The notes: a model not told the origin generated them from the letters alone. A stretch of 63,367 nucleotides of DNA, filler included, from 5 parts of 5 records of this genome joined end to end with filler, not necessarily neighbours in it; one strand, 5' to 3'; positions 20,591-31,235 are shown, counted from the first letter of the whole stretch. Program-made: numbers and translations.

Positions 20591-21232
20591 ATGTTTGCTG
20601 GAAAAAATCTTTATACGGCTTCCGCGCTAATCTGCATCACCCTGGTTGCAGGATGCGCTAAGCGCGATAATTTCACCGTTGGCAGCGTGCCGAGCGATTA
20701 CCGCACGGCACATCCCATCGTCGTTGCGGAAAAAGAACAGACATTGGATATCCCTGTTGCATCTGGCGCAAATACGCTCAGCACCGCGGCCATCAGCAAT
20801 GTGAAAGCCTTTACGAGCGGTTTTGCACGCACAGGGACGGGAACGATGGTTGTGCTCATGCCTGAGGGGTCACCAAACGCCTCAGCAGCGCAATATGTTC
20901 AAGGACAAGTTGTCGACGCAATCAAGGCTGACACTTCAGATCGTGTTAATGTTGTTGTGCAAACCTATAATGCAAGTCAGCCCGGTGCAGCAGCGCCAAT
21001 TCGTTTGTCCTATCGCGCGATCAAAGCATCCACAAATGAATGCGGCCAATGGACCGACGATTTAACGCATACTGCTGAAAACAAGAACTACGCCGATTTT
21101 GGTTGCTCAACGCAAAGCAATCTCGCAGCGCAAGTTGCAAATCCAGGTGATTTTCTTGGGCCTCGCGCAGAATCGCCAATCGATGCAGCCAACCGTAGTC
21201 AAGTTATAGAAGCCTATCAGACCAAAAAGTAA
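20591..21232 (+). CDS. cpaD: Pilus assembly lipoprotein CpaD
   Basis: Lipobox VAGC; DYRTAHPI, CGQW, FGCSTQSNLAAQVANPGD. Confidence 0.9.
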   Translation: MFAGKNLYTASALICITLVAGCAKRDNFTVGSVPSDYRTAHPIVVAEKEQTLDIPVASGANTLSTAAISNVKAFTSGFARTGTGTMVVLMPEGSPNASAAQYVQGQVVDAIKADTSDRVNVVVQTYNASQPGAAAPIRLSYRAIKASTNECGQWTDDLTHTAENKNYADFGCSTQSNLAAQVANPGDFLGPRAESPIDAANRSQVIEAYQTKK

Positions 21233-21282
21233 CAACGACCAAGTTTTACCGAGTTTAGTAAATTACCCCTAATGGTGGCAAA

Positions 21283-22566
21283 ATGTCAGACGTAGCATAT
21301 GATCAAGAACATGAATTTGCGGACAATTCCATTGATCCTGCAGAGCAGCAGGCATTGCAGGATGTTCGTCCGGTTCCACGCATAACGATTCAGGCATTCT
21401 GTGAAACACAGTCCGTGTCCAGCCCGATCGAAAGAATGTCTGAAGACCGCCGCATGGCAAAAGCCCAATCGCGCGTCTATATGGGCGGGCTTGGTGCTGC
21501 TGTAGAGTTTTACCAGACTGCGCCGACACCAAACCTCATCATTTTAGAATCTACGCTAAAGCCCAAAGATCTCTTGCCAAGTTTGGAAGATTTGGCCGAA
21601 GTGTGTGATCCTTCAACGCGGGTTGTTATCATTGGCCATTATAATGATGTGACGCTCTACCGTGAGCTGATTAAAAACGGCATTGCCGAATATTTGGTAG
21701 CACCGGTTACAATCTCCGATGTGATGTCTGTCGTCACACGCATTTTCGTCGATCCCGATGCGGCGCCACTTGGCCGTTCAATAGCATTCGTGGGCGCAAA
21801 GGGCGGTGTTGGCTCTTCTACGCTCGCCCATAATGTTGGATGGGCAATTTCGACGTTGTTTAAGAATGAAGTTGTCATTGCTGATATGGATTTGCCGTTC
21901 GGCACAGCGAGCATAAACTTTGACCGTGATCCGGCACAAGGCATCGCCGAAGCGGTATTTTCGCCTGAACGCATCGATGAAGTTTATCTTGATCGTTTGT
22001 TGTTTAGTTGTGCGGAAAATCTCTCATTGCTGGCCGCGCCTTCAATGCTTGATAAGACGTATGATTTTGATGCCGAGGCATTCTCAAATTTGATTGATAT
22101 TGCGCAACGCACGGCGCCTTCAGTTATTTTGGATGTGCCCCATATTTGGGATGCTTGGGCACGCACAACGCTGCAGCGTGCTGATGAGGTTGTTATTGTC
22201 GCAACGCCGGAATTGGCAAGTCTGCGCAACTCGAAAAACCTAATTGATACATTGCGCAGGCTGCGCCCGAATGATTTTGCGCCGCGCTTGGTGATTAATC
22301 AGGTGGGCATGCCTAAGCGACCAGAGATTTCCGTTGCTGATTTTGCAAGCTCACTGGAAGTTGAAACAGCTGCCGTTATCCCATTCGACCCTCAACTGTT
22401 TGGAACGGCTGCCAATAATGGACGCATGCTTGCAGAGTCAGACAGCGGGCATCCGGTAATTTCAACCATATCAAGTCTAGCGCATCTTGTTACAGGTCGT
22501 GCTTCAATCGCGACAAAAGCTCCCGGTGGACTGCGCGGACTAATGGCGAAACTGAAACACAAATAA
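21283..22566 (+). CDS. cpaE: Pilus assembly protein CpaE/TadZ (receiver-like + ParA/MinD-like ATPase)
   Basis: GAKGGVGSST deviant Walker A, DMDLPFGT. Confidence 0.92.
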   Translation: MSDVAYDQEHEFADNSIDPAEQQALQDVRPVPRITIQAFCETQSVSSPIERMSEDRRMAKAQSRVYMGGLGAAVEFYQTAPTPNLIILESTLKPKDLLPSLEDLAEVCDPSTRVVIIGHYNDVTLYRELIKNGIAEYLVAPVTISDVMSVVTRIFVDPDAAPLGRSIAFVGAKGGVGSSTLAHNVGWAISTLFKNEVVIADMDLPFGTASINFDRDPAQGIAEAVFSPERIDEVYLDRLLFSCAENLSLLAAPSMLDKTYDFDAEAFSNLIDIAQRTAPSVILDVPHIWDAWARTTLQRADEVVIVATPELASLRNSKNLIDTLRRLRPNDFAPRLVINQVGMPKRPEISVADFASSLEVETAAVIPFDPQLFGTAANNGRMLAESDSGHPVISTISSLAHLVTGRASIATKAPGGLRGLMAKLKHK

Positions 22567-22588
22567 CTCAGAGTGACGGGATAGACGA

Positions 22589-24085
22589 ATGTTTGGCAAA
22601 AAGGGTTCATCTGGATTAAAGTTTGCAGACGGCACGCTGTTAGAACCACAAGAAAAACCTTCTTCTGGTTCAAAGAACGCTGTTGTAGACGCGCCAGTAA
22701 AAGCACCTGCACCTTCGTCCGATGAGATAAATCAAGTAAGGCCTGAAAAAATTGAAGCGATGGTCCGCCCGCAGGCACCAACACCCAAGCTTCAACGTGA
22801 TCGTGATGAGAGCTATTACGACACCAAGTCTCAGGTTTTTGCAGCTTTGATCGAAACAATCGACTTGTCACAATTGGCAAGATTGGATGCTGAAAGCGCA
22901 CGTGAAGAAATTCGCGATATCGTCAATGATATCATTGCGATTAAAAACTTTGCGATGTCTATTTCGGAGCAGGAAAGCCTGCTTGAAGACATTTGTAACG
23001 ATGTACTTGGATTTGGTCCTTTAGAACCATTGCTCGCCCGTGACGACATCGCCGATATTATGATCAATGGTCCAGATTCGGCTTATATTGAGGTGAACGG
23101 CAAAATCATCGACGCAGGCATTCGCTTTCGCGATGGTCAACAATTGCTGTCTATTTGCCAACGTATCGTGAGCCAGGTTGGCCGCCGCGTGGATGAAAGC
23201 AGCCCTATATGTGACGCGCGTCTGATCGATGGTTCTCGTGTGAACGTTATTGCGCCACCGCTTGCGATTGACGGCGCCGCGCTGACCATTCGTAAGTTTA
23301 AAAAAGACAAGCTGACTATGAACCAGCTCGTGCGCTTCGGTTCGATTTCAGAACACGGCGCAACGCTTTTGCAAATTATCGGCCGTGTGCGTTGCAACGT
23401 CGTTATTTCCGGCGGTACTGGTTCTGGTAAAACCACATTGCTCAACTGTTTGACAAATTACATCGACAAAGATGAGCGCATTATCACCTGCGAAGACTCT
23501 GCCGAGCTTCAACTACAGCAGCCCCATGTTGTGCGCCTAGAAACACGCCCGCCAAACTTGGAAGGCGAAGGTCAGGTCACAATGACTGATCTTGTTAAGA
23601 ACTGTCTGCGTATGCGTCCAGAACGCATCATCGTGGGTGAGGTTCGTGGACCTGAAGTGTTCGACTTATTGCAGGCCATGAATACGGGCCATGATGGCTC
23701 AATGGGCACGATCCACTCCAACTCACCGCGCGAGTGTTTGAGCCGAATGGAATCCATGCTTGCGATGGGTGGTTTCAATTTGCCACAAAGAACCGTGCGC
23801 GAAATCATTTGTGGCTCGATCGACATTATTATTCAGGCTGCGCGCCTTCGCGATGGTTCACGCCGTATCACGCACATCACTGAAGTGATTGGCATGGAGG
23901 GTGACGTCATCATCACGCAAGACCTTATGCTTTATGACATCACAGGAGAGGACGCCGACGGTAAGTTCATCGGTAAGCACCGCTCCACAGGCGTTGGTCG
24001 TCCTCATATGTGGGAGCGCGCGCGCTACTATAATGAAGATCAGCGTTTGGCAGCAGCATTGGATGCCATGGAGGTTATCGAGTAA
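22589..24085 (+). CDS. cpaF: Pilus assembly ATPase CpaF/TadA
   Basis: GGTGSGKTT, LRMRPERIIVGE, AMNTGHDGSMGTIH. Confidence 0.96.
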   Translation: MFGKKGSSGLKFADGTLLEPQEKPSSGSKNAVVDAPVKAPAPSSDEINQVRPEKIEAMVRPQAPTPKLQRDRDESYYDTKSQVFAALIETIDLSQLARLDAESAREEIRDIVNDIIAIKNFAMSISEQESLLEDICNDVLGFGPLEPLLARDDIADIMINGPDSAYIEVNGKIIDAGIRFRDGQQLLSICQRIVSQVGRRVDESSPICDARLIDGSRVNVIAPPLAIDGAALTIRKFKKDKLTMNQLVRFGSISEHGATLLQIIGRVRCNVVISGGTGSGKTTLLNCLTNYIDKDERIITCEDSAELQLQQPHVVRLETRPPNLEGEGQVTMTDLVKNCLRMRPERIIVGEVRGPEVFDLLQAMNTGHDGSMGTIHSNSPRECLSRMESMLAMGGFNLPQRTVREIICGSIDIIIQAARLRDGSRRITHITEVIGMEGDVIITQDLMLYDITGEDADGKFIGKHRSTGVGRPHMWERARYYNEDQRLAAALDAMEVIE

Positions 24086-25098
24086 TGTTCGGCCTTCCGC
24101 TATCCGTTATTGGTTTGGTTGCGCTCGCGGGGTTTGCTGCGGCAGCGGTTCTCTATGCGCTTATGATGCCGTCATTTCAGGCGGACAAAGCGCGCAATAG
24201 ACGCTTTGCAAACCTACAGGCCCAAAAGACAGACACAGTTTCGCGCCGCGCCGATATGGACCGCGCTCAGGAAGGTCAAAAGCGCCGCAAGCAAATTACA
24301 GAATCGCTTTCTGAAATTGAAGAAAAAGCAAAGTTACAAGAGCGGGATATCAAAAAGCCGTCGCTTAAAGTGCAAATTGCACAGGCCGGTTTGAAGATCG
24401 ATGTTCGTACATTTTATATTTATTCGATTGCCTGTGGCGTAGGCGTATTTTTTCTGGCCTTTATTTTTCAGGTGCAAATTCTTTATTGTCTGGGAGCTGC
24501 CTTTGCGGCGGGCTTAGGACTGCCACGTTGGATTTTGTCTAGTCTGCGCAAGCGCCGCGTCAAGGCATTTCTTGCTGAGTTTCCAAATTCAATTGATATT
24601 ATCGTACGTGCGATTAGGTCCGGATTGCCACTTAATGACGGTTTGCGCCTGATTGCCACAGAGTCCCGCGAGCCTGTGCGCGCGGAGTTTCGCCGTATTG
24701 TAGAAGCCCAGCAAATGGGTATTTCCGTGGCTGATGCATGCTTGCGCATGTATAAAACAATGCCGTGCCCTGAGGCGAACTTTTTCGCAATTGTGATCCA
24801 GATTCAGGCTCAGGCTGGTGGCAACCTTTCTGAAGCGCTCGGCAATCTTTCAACAGTCTTGCGTTCGCGCGCACAGATGAAAGCAAAGGTCGCTGCGATG
24901 TCTATGGAGGCCAAAGCCTCTGCTGCCATTATCGCAGCTCTGCCGCCTATCGTTACCATCCTCGTTTACTTCTCAAGCCCAAGCTACATCATGCTGCTGT
25001 TCACGACTGACACCGGCTATATGATCTTGGGTGTGTCGGCAATTTGGATGGCCATCGGTGTTTTCGTGATGCGCCAAATGATCAATTTTGAAGTTTAG
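24085..25098 (+). CDS. tadB: Tad platform protein TadB
   Basis: T2SS F domain: FPNSIDIIVRAIRSG, GGNLSEAL. Confidence 0.92.
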   Translation: MFGLPLSVIGLVALAGFAAAAVLYALMMPSFQADKARNRRFANLQAQKTDTVSRRADMDRAQEGQKRRKQITESLSEIEEKAKLQERDIKKPSLKVQIAQAGLKIDVRTFYIYSIACGVGVFFLAFIFQVQILYCLGAAFAAGLGLPRWILSSLRKRRVKAFLAEFPNSIDIIVRAIRSGLPLNDGLRLIATESREPVRAEFRRIVEAQQMGISVADACLRMYKTMPCPEANFFAIVIQIQAQAGGNLSEALGNLSTVLRSRAQMKAKVAAMSMEAKASAAIIAALPPIVTILVYFSSPSYIMLLFTTDTGYMILGVSAIWMAIGVFVMRQMINFEV

Positions 25099-25108
25099 GA
25101 GCGTTTAG

Positions 25109-26110
25109 ATGTCACAAGAACTTATCGCTCAATTAGTGTCCGGTCGCTTCCTTATTGCAGCGCTCATTTCTATCAGCGTGTTCGCCACAATATTCACGCT
25201 CTTCGGTTCGATGATTGGCGGCAATGAACTTAAAAGCAGAATGAAGTCTGTTGCTTTGGAGCGCGATGAAATTCGTGCTCGTGAACGCGCGCGTTTGGCG
25301 ACAGAAAAGAAAAATGGCGCAAAAAGTCTGCGTGTTGATGGTAAAAACAACCGCGGCGTTCGCTCTATCGTTGAACGCCTAGACCTTAAAAAAATGCTTG
25401 CTGACGATAAGACGATGGCAAGCTTGCGCTCAGCTGGTTTTCGCGGCCAATCACCACTGAACATGTTTTTGTTTTTGCGTTTTACGCTGCCAATCGTTTT
25501 TCTTTTTGGTGCGCTCATCTACACATATGGTCTGGGCGGCTTTGCAGAATCCTCGGGCATGATGAAGATGCTTTATTGTATCGTCATTGCCTATGCGGGC
25601 TTTTACGCACCGATCATCTATGTGAACAACAAAGCGGCCAATCGCAAACAATCCATTCAAAAAGCGTGGCCAGATGCGCTGGATCTGCTGCTCATCTGCG
25701 TTGAATCAGGCATGGCTGTAGAAGCAGGGTTTCGCCGTGTTTCTCAGGAGATTGGCATTCAGTCGCCGCCGCTTGCCGAGGAAATGGTTTTGGTTGGCGC
25801 GGAGCTGTCCTATCTTTCTGAGCGTAAACAAGCCTATGAAAATATGCATCTGCGCACCGGTCTTGATGCCGTCAAAGGCGTAACGCAGGCGCTCATTCAG
25901 GCAGAAAAATATGGTACGCCTATCGGGCAGGCCTTGCGTGTTTTGGCACAGGAAAGCCGTCAGAACCGTCTTAATATTGCCGAGAAAAAAGCAGCAGCGT
26001 TGCCGCCAAAACTGACAGTGCCGATGATCCTATTCTTCTTGCCAGTTTTGTTTGGTGTTATCTTGGGACCTGCGGGCATCCAAATCTCAGCGCGCGGCGG
26101 CATTTTCTAA
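25109..26110 (+). CDS. tadC: Tad platform protein TadC
   Basis: WPDALDLLLICVESG, QAEKYGTP, AEKKAAALPPKLTVP. Confidence 0.93.
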   Translation: MSQELIAQLVSGRFLIAALISISVFATIFTLFGSMIGGNELKSRMKSVALERDEIRARERARLATEKKNGAKSLRVDGKNNRGVRSIVERLDLKKMLADDKTMASLRSAGFRGQSPLNMFLFLRFTLPIVFLFGALIYTYGLGGFAESSGMMKMLYCIVIAYAGFYAPIIYVNNKAANRKQSIQKAWPDALDLLLICVESGMAVEAGFRRVSQEIGIQSPPLAEEMVLVGAELSYLSERKQAYENMHLRTGLDAVKGVTQALIQAEKYGTPIGQALRVLAQESRQNRLNIAEKKAAALPPKLTVPMILFFLPVLFGVILGPAGIQISARGGIF

Positions 26111-26135
26111 TACGACCAAGGTTTATAGGCATTAA

Positions 26136-26170
26136 AAAACCCGCTTTGCATTAGCTGCAAAGCGGGTTTT
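26136..26170. terminator. Bidirectional terminator between tadC and tadD
   Basis: AAAACCCGCTTTGCA-ttagc-TGCAAAGCGGGTTTT. Confidence 0.88.
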
Positions 26171-26200
26171 GTTTTGTTTCAGCTCTTGATGAAAAGCGGT

Positions 26201-27031
26201 TTAGCTCTTCGGCGTTTGTGCTACGGACTGATCTTCTTTTTTAATCAAGCTCCACGCATTTTGCTGCGATAGAATTTCGCGTAAGTAATCCACATTAGCC
26301 TGAGCCTGCTGCGGTGAAAGTTCTTGCTTGGCGATAACCATCGCTTCATCAAACCGGCCCTGAAGACCGACAACCATCGCTAGGTTTTGGCGCACACGGC
26401 TGTCTGCACCTGGTTGCTGAACTGCGGTTCGCAAATAGCGCTCTGCTGTTACAAGATCATTGTCCAACACATGGCTCATCGCTAAGTTTGACAAAACAGA
26501 AGGTTCATTTGGACGAAGATCAAGTGCCTTGCGATAAAGATCGCGCGCTTGCTCTGAACGGCCAGTCTGATCGAATATCGCGCCTTCTGCAGAGATAAGA
26601 CGCCAATCTGGACGTGTCGGGTCTTGAGCGCGTTGAAGCGCATCTAGCGCAGCCGTAAATTGACCGGCACCTGCAAGGGCTTTGCCATAGGCTGCCAAAA
26701 CTTCTTTGTCGTTTGGATGAACAATTGCTGACTGGCGCATAACCGCAAGGGCCTGCTCATTCATATTATTGGCGCGTAAAATTGAAGCATAGGCCATCGC
26801 CACAGATTTATTCTTGCGATCACGCTCATAAAGGGCGCCATAGGTCGAAATAGAGCCCTGCAATTCAGTAGCATTCATTTGTTCAACCGGCTTATGTCGT
26901 CCGCCGATTGATCCTGTCGATGCGTGATCTTTTGCACAGCCCGCAAGCGTTGCAGCCATAAGGCCTGCCGTCAGCGCCACAAATAGCCGTGAACGCGAAT
27001 TGGACTTCTTATTATCGTGCATCATGATCAT
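26201..27031 (-). CDS. tadD: TPR lipoprotein TadD-like (pilotin)
   Basis: Lipobox LAGC, TPR repeats, RVRQNLAMVVGLQGRFDEA. Confidence 0.85.
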   Translation of the reverse strand: MIMMHDNKKSNSRSRLFVALTAGLMAATLAGCAKDHASTGSIGGRHKPVEQMNATELQGSISTYGALYERDRKNKSVAMAYASILRANNMNEQALAVMRQSAIVHPNDKEVLAAYGKALAGAGQFTAALDALQRAQDPTRPDWRLISAEGAIFDQTGRSEQARDLYRKALDLRPNEPSVLSNLAMSHVLDNDLVTAERYLRTAVQQPGADSRVRQNLAMVVGLQGRFDEAMVIAKQELSPQQAQANVDYLREILSQQNAWSLIKKEDQSVAQTPKS

Positions 27032-27094
27032 TCTCCGACTTGCCGCGACTCAGAATCGCTCTATGCTGCGGGCAGATAAATCTCGTTATAAAAA

Positions 27095-27127
27095 TCAATA
27101 TTCTGTTAACCCTAATGGAAAGTTAAC
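27095..27127. promoter_or_regulatory. Two tandem near-consensus CtrA boxes in the tadD/pepA divergent region
   Basis: TCAA-N7-TTAAC (27095-27110) and CTAA-N7-TTAAC (27112-27127). Confidence 0.55.
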
Positions 27128-27160
27128 GAGCGTCACGATCTGTTAAGAATTGAGTAAAAC

Positions 27161-28540
27161 ATGCTGAATAATTTCATTGCACCAAGCGATTCCAATGTTG
27201 AGAACGCGCTGCCGATCTATTGTGTGCAAAAGAGCGATCTGGATAAACTGCCTGAAAATCTGATGAGATGGGCAAAAGCGAACGGATTTGCTGCCAACGC
27301 TGGTGATGTCCTCACGGTTCCAGATACAGATGGCGCAATGACTGCCGCATTGCTTGGTATCGGTTCAGGCGACGACTCATTTGTGGCCGGTGCATTGGCA
27401 AAGGTCTTGCCAGATGCAGTTTGGCATTTCGCGCAACTAGGAAAGCTTGATCTGCGACTGGCAACAATTGGCTTTTTGCTCGGTGCTTATCGTTTCGAGA
27501 ATTTTAAATCAGATAAAAAACCGGACAGCGCGAAATTGCTTTTGGACCAAGCGCTAGATCGCGCGGACATTCTTCGCCAAGTGCAGGGCACTTATCTTGC
27601 GCGAGATCTCATTAATTTGCCGACCAATGAAATGGGGCCAGACAAAATAGAACAGGCCGCGCGCGATGTTGCAAAACACGCCGGCGCTTCGATTTCTGTT
27701 GTCGAAGGCGATGCGCTTTTGGCGCAAAACTTTCCGATGATACACGCGGTGGGTCGCGCGGGTGCCATCGCACCACGTCTGATCGATATGCAATGGGGCG
27801 ATGAAAATGCACCTAAACTTACACTTGTGGGCAAAGGGGTGGCGTTTGATACCGGTGGTCTCGACATCAAACCGGCCAGCGGCATGCGCAATATGAAGAA
27901 AGACATGGGTGGCTCGGCCAATGTGTTGGGCCTTGCGCAAATGTTGATGGATGCAAAAATCAATGTGCGTCTGCGCGTACTAATTCCAGCTGTTGAAAAT
28001 TCGATTGCGGGCAATGCGTTTCGCCCAGGCGATATTCTAACCAGCAGGCAGGGAACGACCGTCGAAATCGGAAACACCGATGCCGAAGGGCGTCTTGTTT
28101 TGGCAGATGCGTTGACGTTCGCCTGTGAAGAAGCGCCAGATTTGGTGATTGATATGGCGACACTCACCGGCGCTGCCCGTGTGGCGCTTGGTCCAGAATT
28201 ACCGCCTTTCTATACCGATAGCGATGAACTGGCTTCTGAGATCGAGATGTCTGCAACTGCTGAACGCGATCCGCTCTGGCGCATGCCGCTTTGGAAAAAC
28301 TACCACCAAGGGCTAGCTTCAACTGTCGCTGATCTGAACAATGTAACCACTGATGGGTTCGCCGGTTCGATAACAGCGGCACTGTTCTTACAACGCTTTG
28401 TAAAGCCAAGCATCAACTGGGCGCATTTTGACATTTTTGGCTGGTCGCCAACGCAAAAGCCACATGCACAAATTGGCGGTGAGGCCCAAGCAATTCGAGC
28501 GCTGTTTGCCACACTTGTGCGCCGCTACGGCGCAAATTGA
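27161..28540 (+). CDS. Leucyl aminopeptidase (M17)
   Basis: VGKGVAFDTGG, MKKDMGG, NTDAEGRL, ATLTGA. Confidence 0.95.
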   Translation: MLNNFIAPSDSNVENALPIYCVQKSDLDKLPENLMRWAKANGFAANAGDVLTVPDTDGAMTAALLGIGSGDDSFVAGALAKVLPDAVWHFAQLGKLDLRLATIGFLLGAYRFENFKSDKKPDSAKLLLDQALDRADILRQVQGTYLARDLINLPTNEMGPDKIEQAARDVAKHAGASISVVEGDALLAQNFPMIHAVGRAGAIAPRLIDMQWGDENAPKLTLVGKGVAFDTGGLDIKPASGMRNMKKDMGGSANVLGLAQMLMDAKINVRLRVLIPAVENSIAGNAFRPGDILTSRQGTTVEIGNTDAEGRLVLADALTFACEEAPDLVIDMATLTGAARVALGPELPPFYTDSDELASEIEMSATAERDPLWRMPLWKNYHQGLASTVADLNNVTTDGFAGSITAALFLQRFVKPSINWAHFDIFGWSPTQKPHAQIGGEAQAIRALFATLVRRYGAN

Positions 28541-28634
28541 TTTGGATTAATTATTCATCAGAAAAATCGACTTGCCTAAATTTTAAGAATTTGCGCATAT
28601 TAGTACGGAACCGAAACATTATCTGTACGAAATT

Positions 28635-28985
28635 ATGCCGATACAACTTAAACCCAGTCAGGCGCTTACGCTGTGGCATGCTGTCAATTTAGCAGAAGTG
28701 CGCGACGACGCGCCTGATTTGACAATGCGGCAGCTGACAATTCTGCTGACGATTTACCTTGATCCGCCGCCGCATACGGTGCGCGGTCTGGCTGCGCATC
28801 TCAATGTTTCTAAACCGGTGATTACGCGCGCGCTCGACACAATGGGCATGATGAAATTGGTGTCGCGCCACCGCGATCCACGCGATAAACGCAATGTTAT
28901 TATTTCGCGCACGATTGATGGCGCAAATTATCTCGAAAGATTTGCCGACAGCATCATTAGGAAAGCGATGGAGCTACCACGATGA
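28635..28985 (+). CDS. MarR-family transcriptional regulator
   Basis: DLTMRQ, TVRGLAAHLNVSKPVITRALD, DPRDKR winged HTH. Confidence 0.88.
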   Translation: MPIQLKPSQALTLWHAVNLAEVRDDAPDLTMRQLTILLTIYLDPPPHTVRGLAAHLNVSKPVITRALDTMGMMKLVSRHRDPRDKRNVIISRTIDGANYLERFADSIIRKAMELPR

Positions 28986-29854
28986 GCGATCAACTGGATC
29001 GGCGTGTTAATGCTTATCGCGATGATTTGGCCAGCAAAGCGCTGATGGGCAAGGTGCAAGCGGGCAAGTTTGTTGAAGGTGAGCGCCGCAACATCATTCA
29101 TCCCGTCGTGGATTTGCGCCCAGCGCCTGACAGCGCTATCGGCATTGATAGCCAACTGATCTTTGGTGATATCGTCCGTGTGTTTGAAGAGAAAGACGAC
29201 TGGGCTTGGGTTCAGTCGCTGCGCGATAATTATGTCGGCTACTTAGACAAAAATGCGCTGTCACCTAGTCAAAGCCAGATACCCAAAGCCACACATAGAA
29301 TCTGCTATCCGCGCAGTTTTGCCTATCGCCAGCCTGATATGAAAACACCCATAAGCCACGCGCTTTCGCTTGGGTCTGCGATCTGCGTTGTGGGCAAAGC
29401 TGAAACGCGCGGTACAAAATTTGTCGAAACCGCTGACGGGTTTTTCCTCATCGCGCGCCATCTAATCGGTATTGAAGAGACAGGCATTGATTATGTGTCC
29501 GTTGCCGAAACATTATTGCACGCGCCTTATCTTTGGGGCGGTGCCTCGGCCTTTGGCATAGATTGTTCGGGGCTTGTGCAAATATGCATGCTGATGGCCG
29601 GTGAAAAAGTCATGCGCGACACAGATATGCAAGCGCGCACTATTGGCACAGAGCTCGGCTTTGCAGCGATGGACGGCGGATTGAAACGCGGAGATCTGAT
29701 CTTTTGGAAAGGTCATGTTGGCATCATGTGCGATGGCCAAAAGATGATTCACGCTAATGGTCACACAATGACTGTAGCCAATGAACTGCTTGAAGATGCC
29801 GTTGAGCGCATTGGCTATCTTTATGGATTTCCAACGGCGATTAGGCGTCCCTAA
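28982..29854 (+). CDS. SH3 + NlpC/P60 (C40) peptidase
   Basis: PYLWGG, IDCSGLVQ, FWKGHVG, HAN. Confidence 0.92.
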   Translation: MSDQLDRRVNAYRDDLASKALMGKVQAGKFVEGERRNIIHPVVDLRPAPDSAIGIDSQLIFGDIVRVFEEKDDWAWVQSLRDNYVGYLDKNALSPSQSQIPKATHRICYPRSFAYRQPDMKTPISHALSLGSAICVVGKAETRGTKFVETADGFFLIARHLIGIEETGIDYVSVAETLLHAPYLWGGASAFGIDCSGLVQICMLMAGEKVMRDTDMQARTIGTELGFAAMDGGLKRGDLIFWKGHVGIMCDGQKMIHANGHTMTVANELLEDAVERIGYLYGFPTAIRRP

Positions 29855-30801
29855 TAGCCTGCATACCGGTCAACAAGGTTGCACAGTGGTTCGCCTTTTT
29901 CAAAAGCATCGATCTGCTTTAAAATTTCGGGTACCAAAGCGGTTGGATTTGATGCAGCCGCGACATGGGGCGTGATCGAAACGCTAGGGTGTGCCCATAG
30001 TGGACTATCTTCATTGAGTGGCTCGGTTTCAAATACGTCCAGCGATACTGCTTTTAGTGTTTGGTCTGAAACGGCGCTTAAAATATCCGCATCGCATTGC
30101 AGACCGCCACGCCCCGCATTGATTAAAACCGGACCGCCAAGCACGCCATTTTTCTTCAGCTTCCTGAAGAGTGGAGCCGAGAGTAGGCCTCTGGTTTCAT
30201 CGGTAAGCGGCAGCAGACAAACGAGGATATCTGTTTGGCTTAGCATAGCGTCTAAACCATCTATGCCATAATAAGTCGTCAGATTGTCTAATCGCTTCTC
30301 ACGGCGGCTCCAGCCAATCACGTGAAATCCAATATGTTGAAGCTTTTCGGCAGCATCTGTGCCCAGTACACCCAGCCCAAGAATGCCCACCGTGACGCTT
30401 CGCGCTGCTATTTGCGCGCGATCCTCGAGCCAAACGCGGTTGCTTTGTTGCATTCTATAGCGTGGCCCTTGGCGCAAATGGTCCAATGCCTGCCAAACGA
30501 CATATTCGCTCATCCGTGCAGTGAGATCACTGGCAACAATGCGAACAATCGGAACATCAGGAATGGTCGTATCACGCATAATATGGTCGACACCTGCGCC
30601 AGCTGATAAAATAAGCTTCAAATTGGGTAGGCTACTTAACAACCCTTCCGGTTGTTTCCAGACCACGGCATATTTGATGCTTGTATCGTTTGGTGCTGCT
30701 GGTTCCGTGACAATGCGGCGATTAGGTGCACAGCGTTTGAATTCGCTTAGCCACACATCATTACCAAACCCGCCAACTGATAATAGAATTTGATTACGCA
30801 T
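29851..30801 (-). CDS. ghrA: Glyoxylate/hydroxypyruvate reductase A-like 2-hydroxyacid dehydrogenase
   Basis: GAGVDH, GILGLGVLG, INAGRG, DVFETEPL, TPHVAA. Confidence 0.85.
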   Translation of the reverse strand: MRNQILLSVGGFGNDVWLSEFKRCAPNRRIVTEPAAPNDTSIKYAVVWKQPEGLLSSLPNLKLILSAGAGVDHIMRDTTIPDVPIVRIVASDLTARMSEYVVWQALDHLRQGPRYRMQQSNRVWLEDRAQIAARSVTVGILGLGVLGTDAAEKLQHIGFHVIGWSRREKRLDNLTTYYGIDGLDAMLSQTDILVCLLPLTDETRGLLSAPLFRKLKKNGVLGGPVLINAGRGGLQCDADILSAVSDQTLKAVSLDVFETEPLNEDSPLWAHPSVSITPHVAAASNPTALVPEILKQIDAFEKGEPLCNLVDRYAGY

Positions 30802-31133
30802 CAATCAGCCACGATACCCTCTGGTGATGCTTCAATATCAAAAGCCGCAGCCATCAGTGCTTTGGTATAATCAGTCTTGGGCGCATCGAAGATCTGTGTC
30901 GCGGGGCCATGTTCGACGACCTTACCGTTACGCATCACGATCACCTCATTGGCGAGCGCTCGCACGACTTTTAGATCGTGGCTGATAAACAAATATCCGA
31001 GATTATGTTTCTTTTGCAGGTCACGTAAGAGATCAACCACCTGCGCCTGAACGCTCATATCAAGCGCCGATGTTGGTTCATCAAGCATTATAAATTTCGG
31101 CGTCAGCACCATGGCGCGGGCAATGGCGATGCG
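30801..31133 (-). CDS. Peptide ABC transporter ATP-binding protein (YejF-like), C-terminal fragment
   Basis: RIAIARA...LDEPTSALD...FISHDL; truncated by contig end. Confidence 0.88.
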   Translation of the reverse strand, partial: RIAIARAMVLTPKFIMLDEPTSALDMSVQAQVVDLLRDLQKKHNLGYLFISHDLKVVRALANEVIVMRNGKVVEHGPATQIFDAPKTDYTKALMAAAFDIEASPEGIVAD

Positions 31134-31134
31134 C

Positions 31135-31234
31135 NNNNNNNNNNNNNNNNNNNNNNNNNNNNNNNNNNNNNNNNNNNNTTAATTAATTAANNNNNNNNNN
31201 NNNNNNNNNNNNNNNNNNNNNNNNNNNNNNNNNN
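31135..31234. other. Artificial contig spacer
   Basis: 100-nt N run with TTAATTAATTAA at 31179-31190. Confidence 0.99.
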
Positions 31235-31235
31235 G

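Noticed and set aside
31179-31190. TTAATTAATTAA repeated four times in the window (possible repeat or CtrA site)
   Set aside because: Always centred in N runs; artificial six-frame-stop linker
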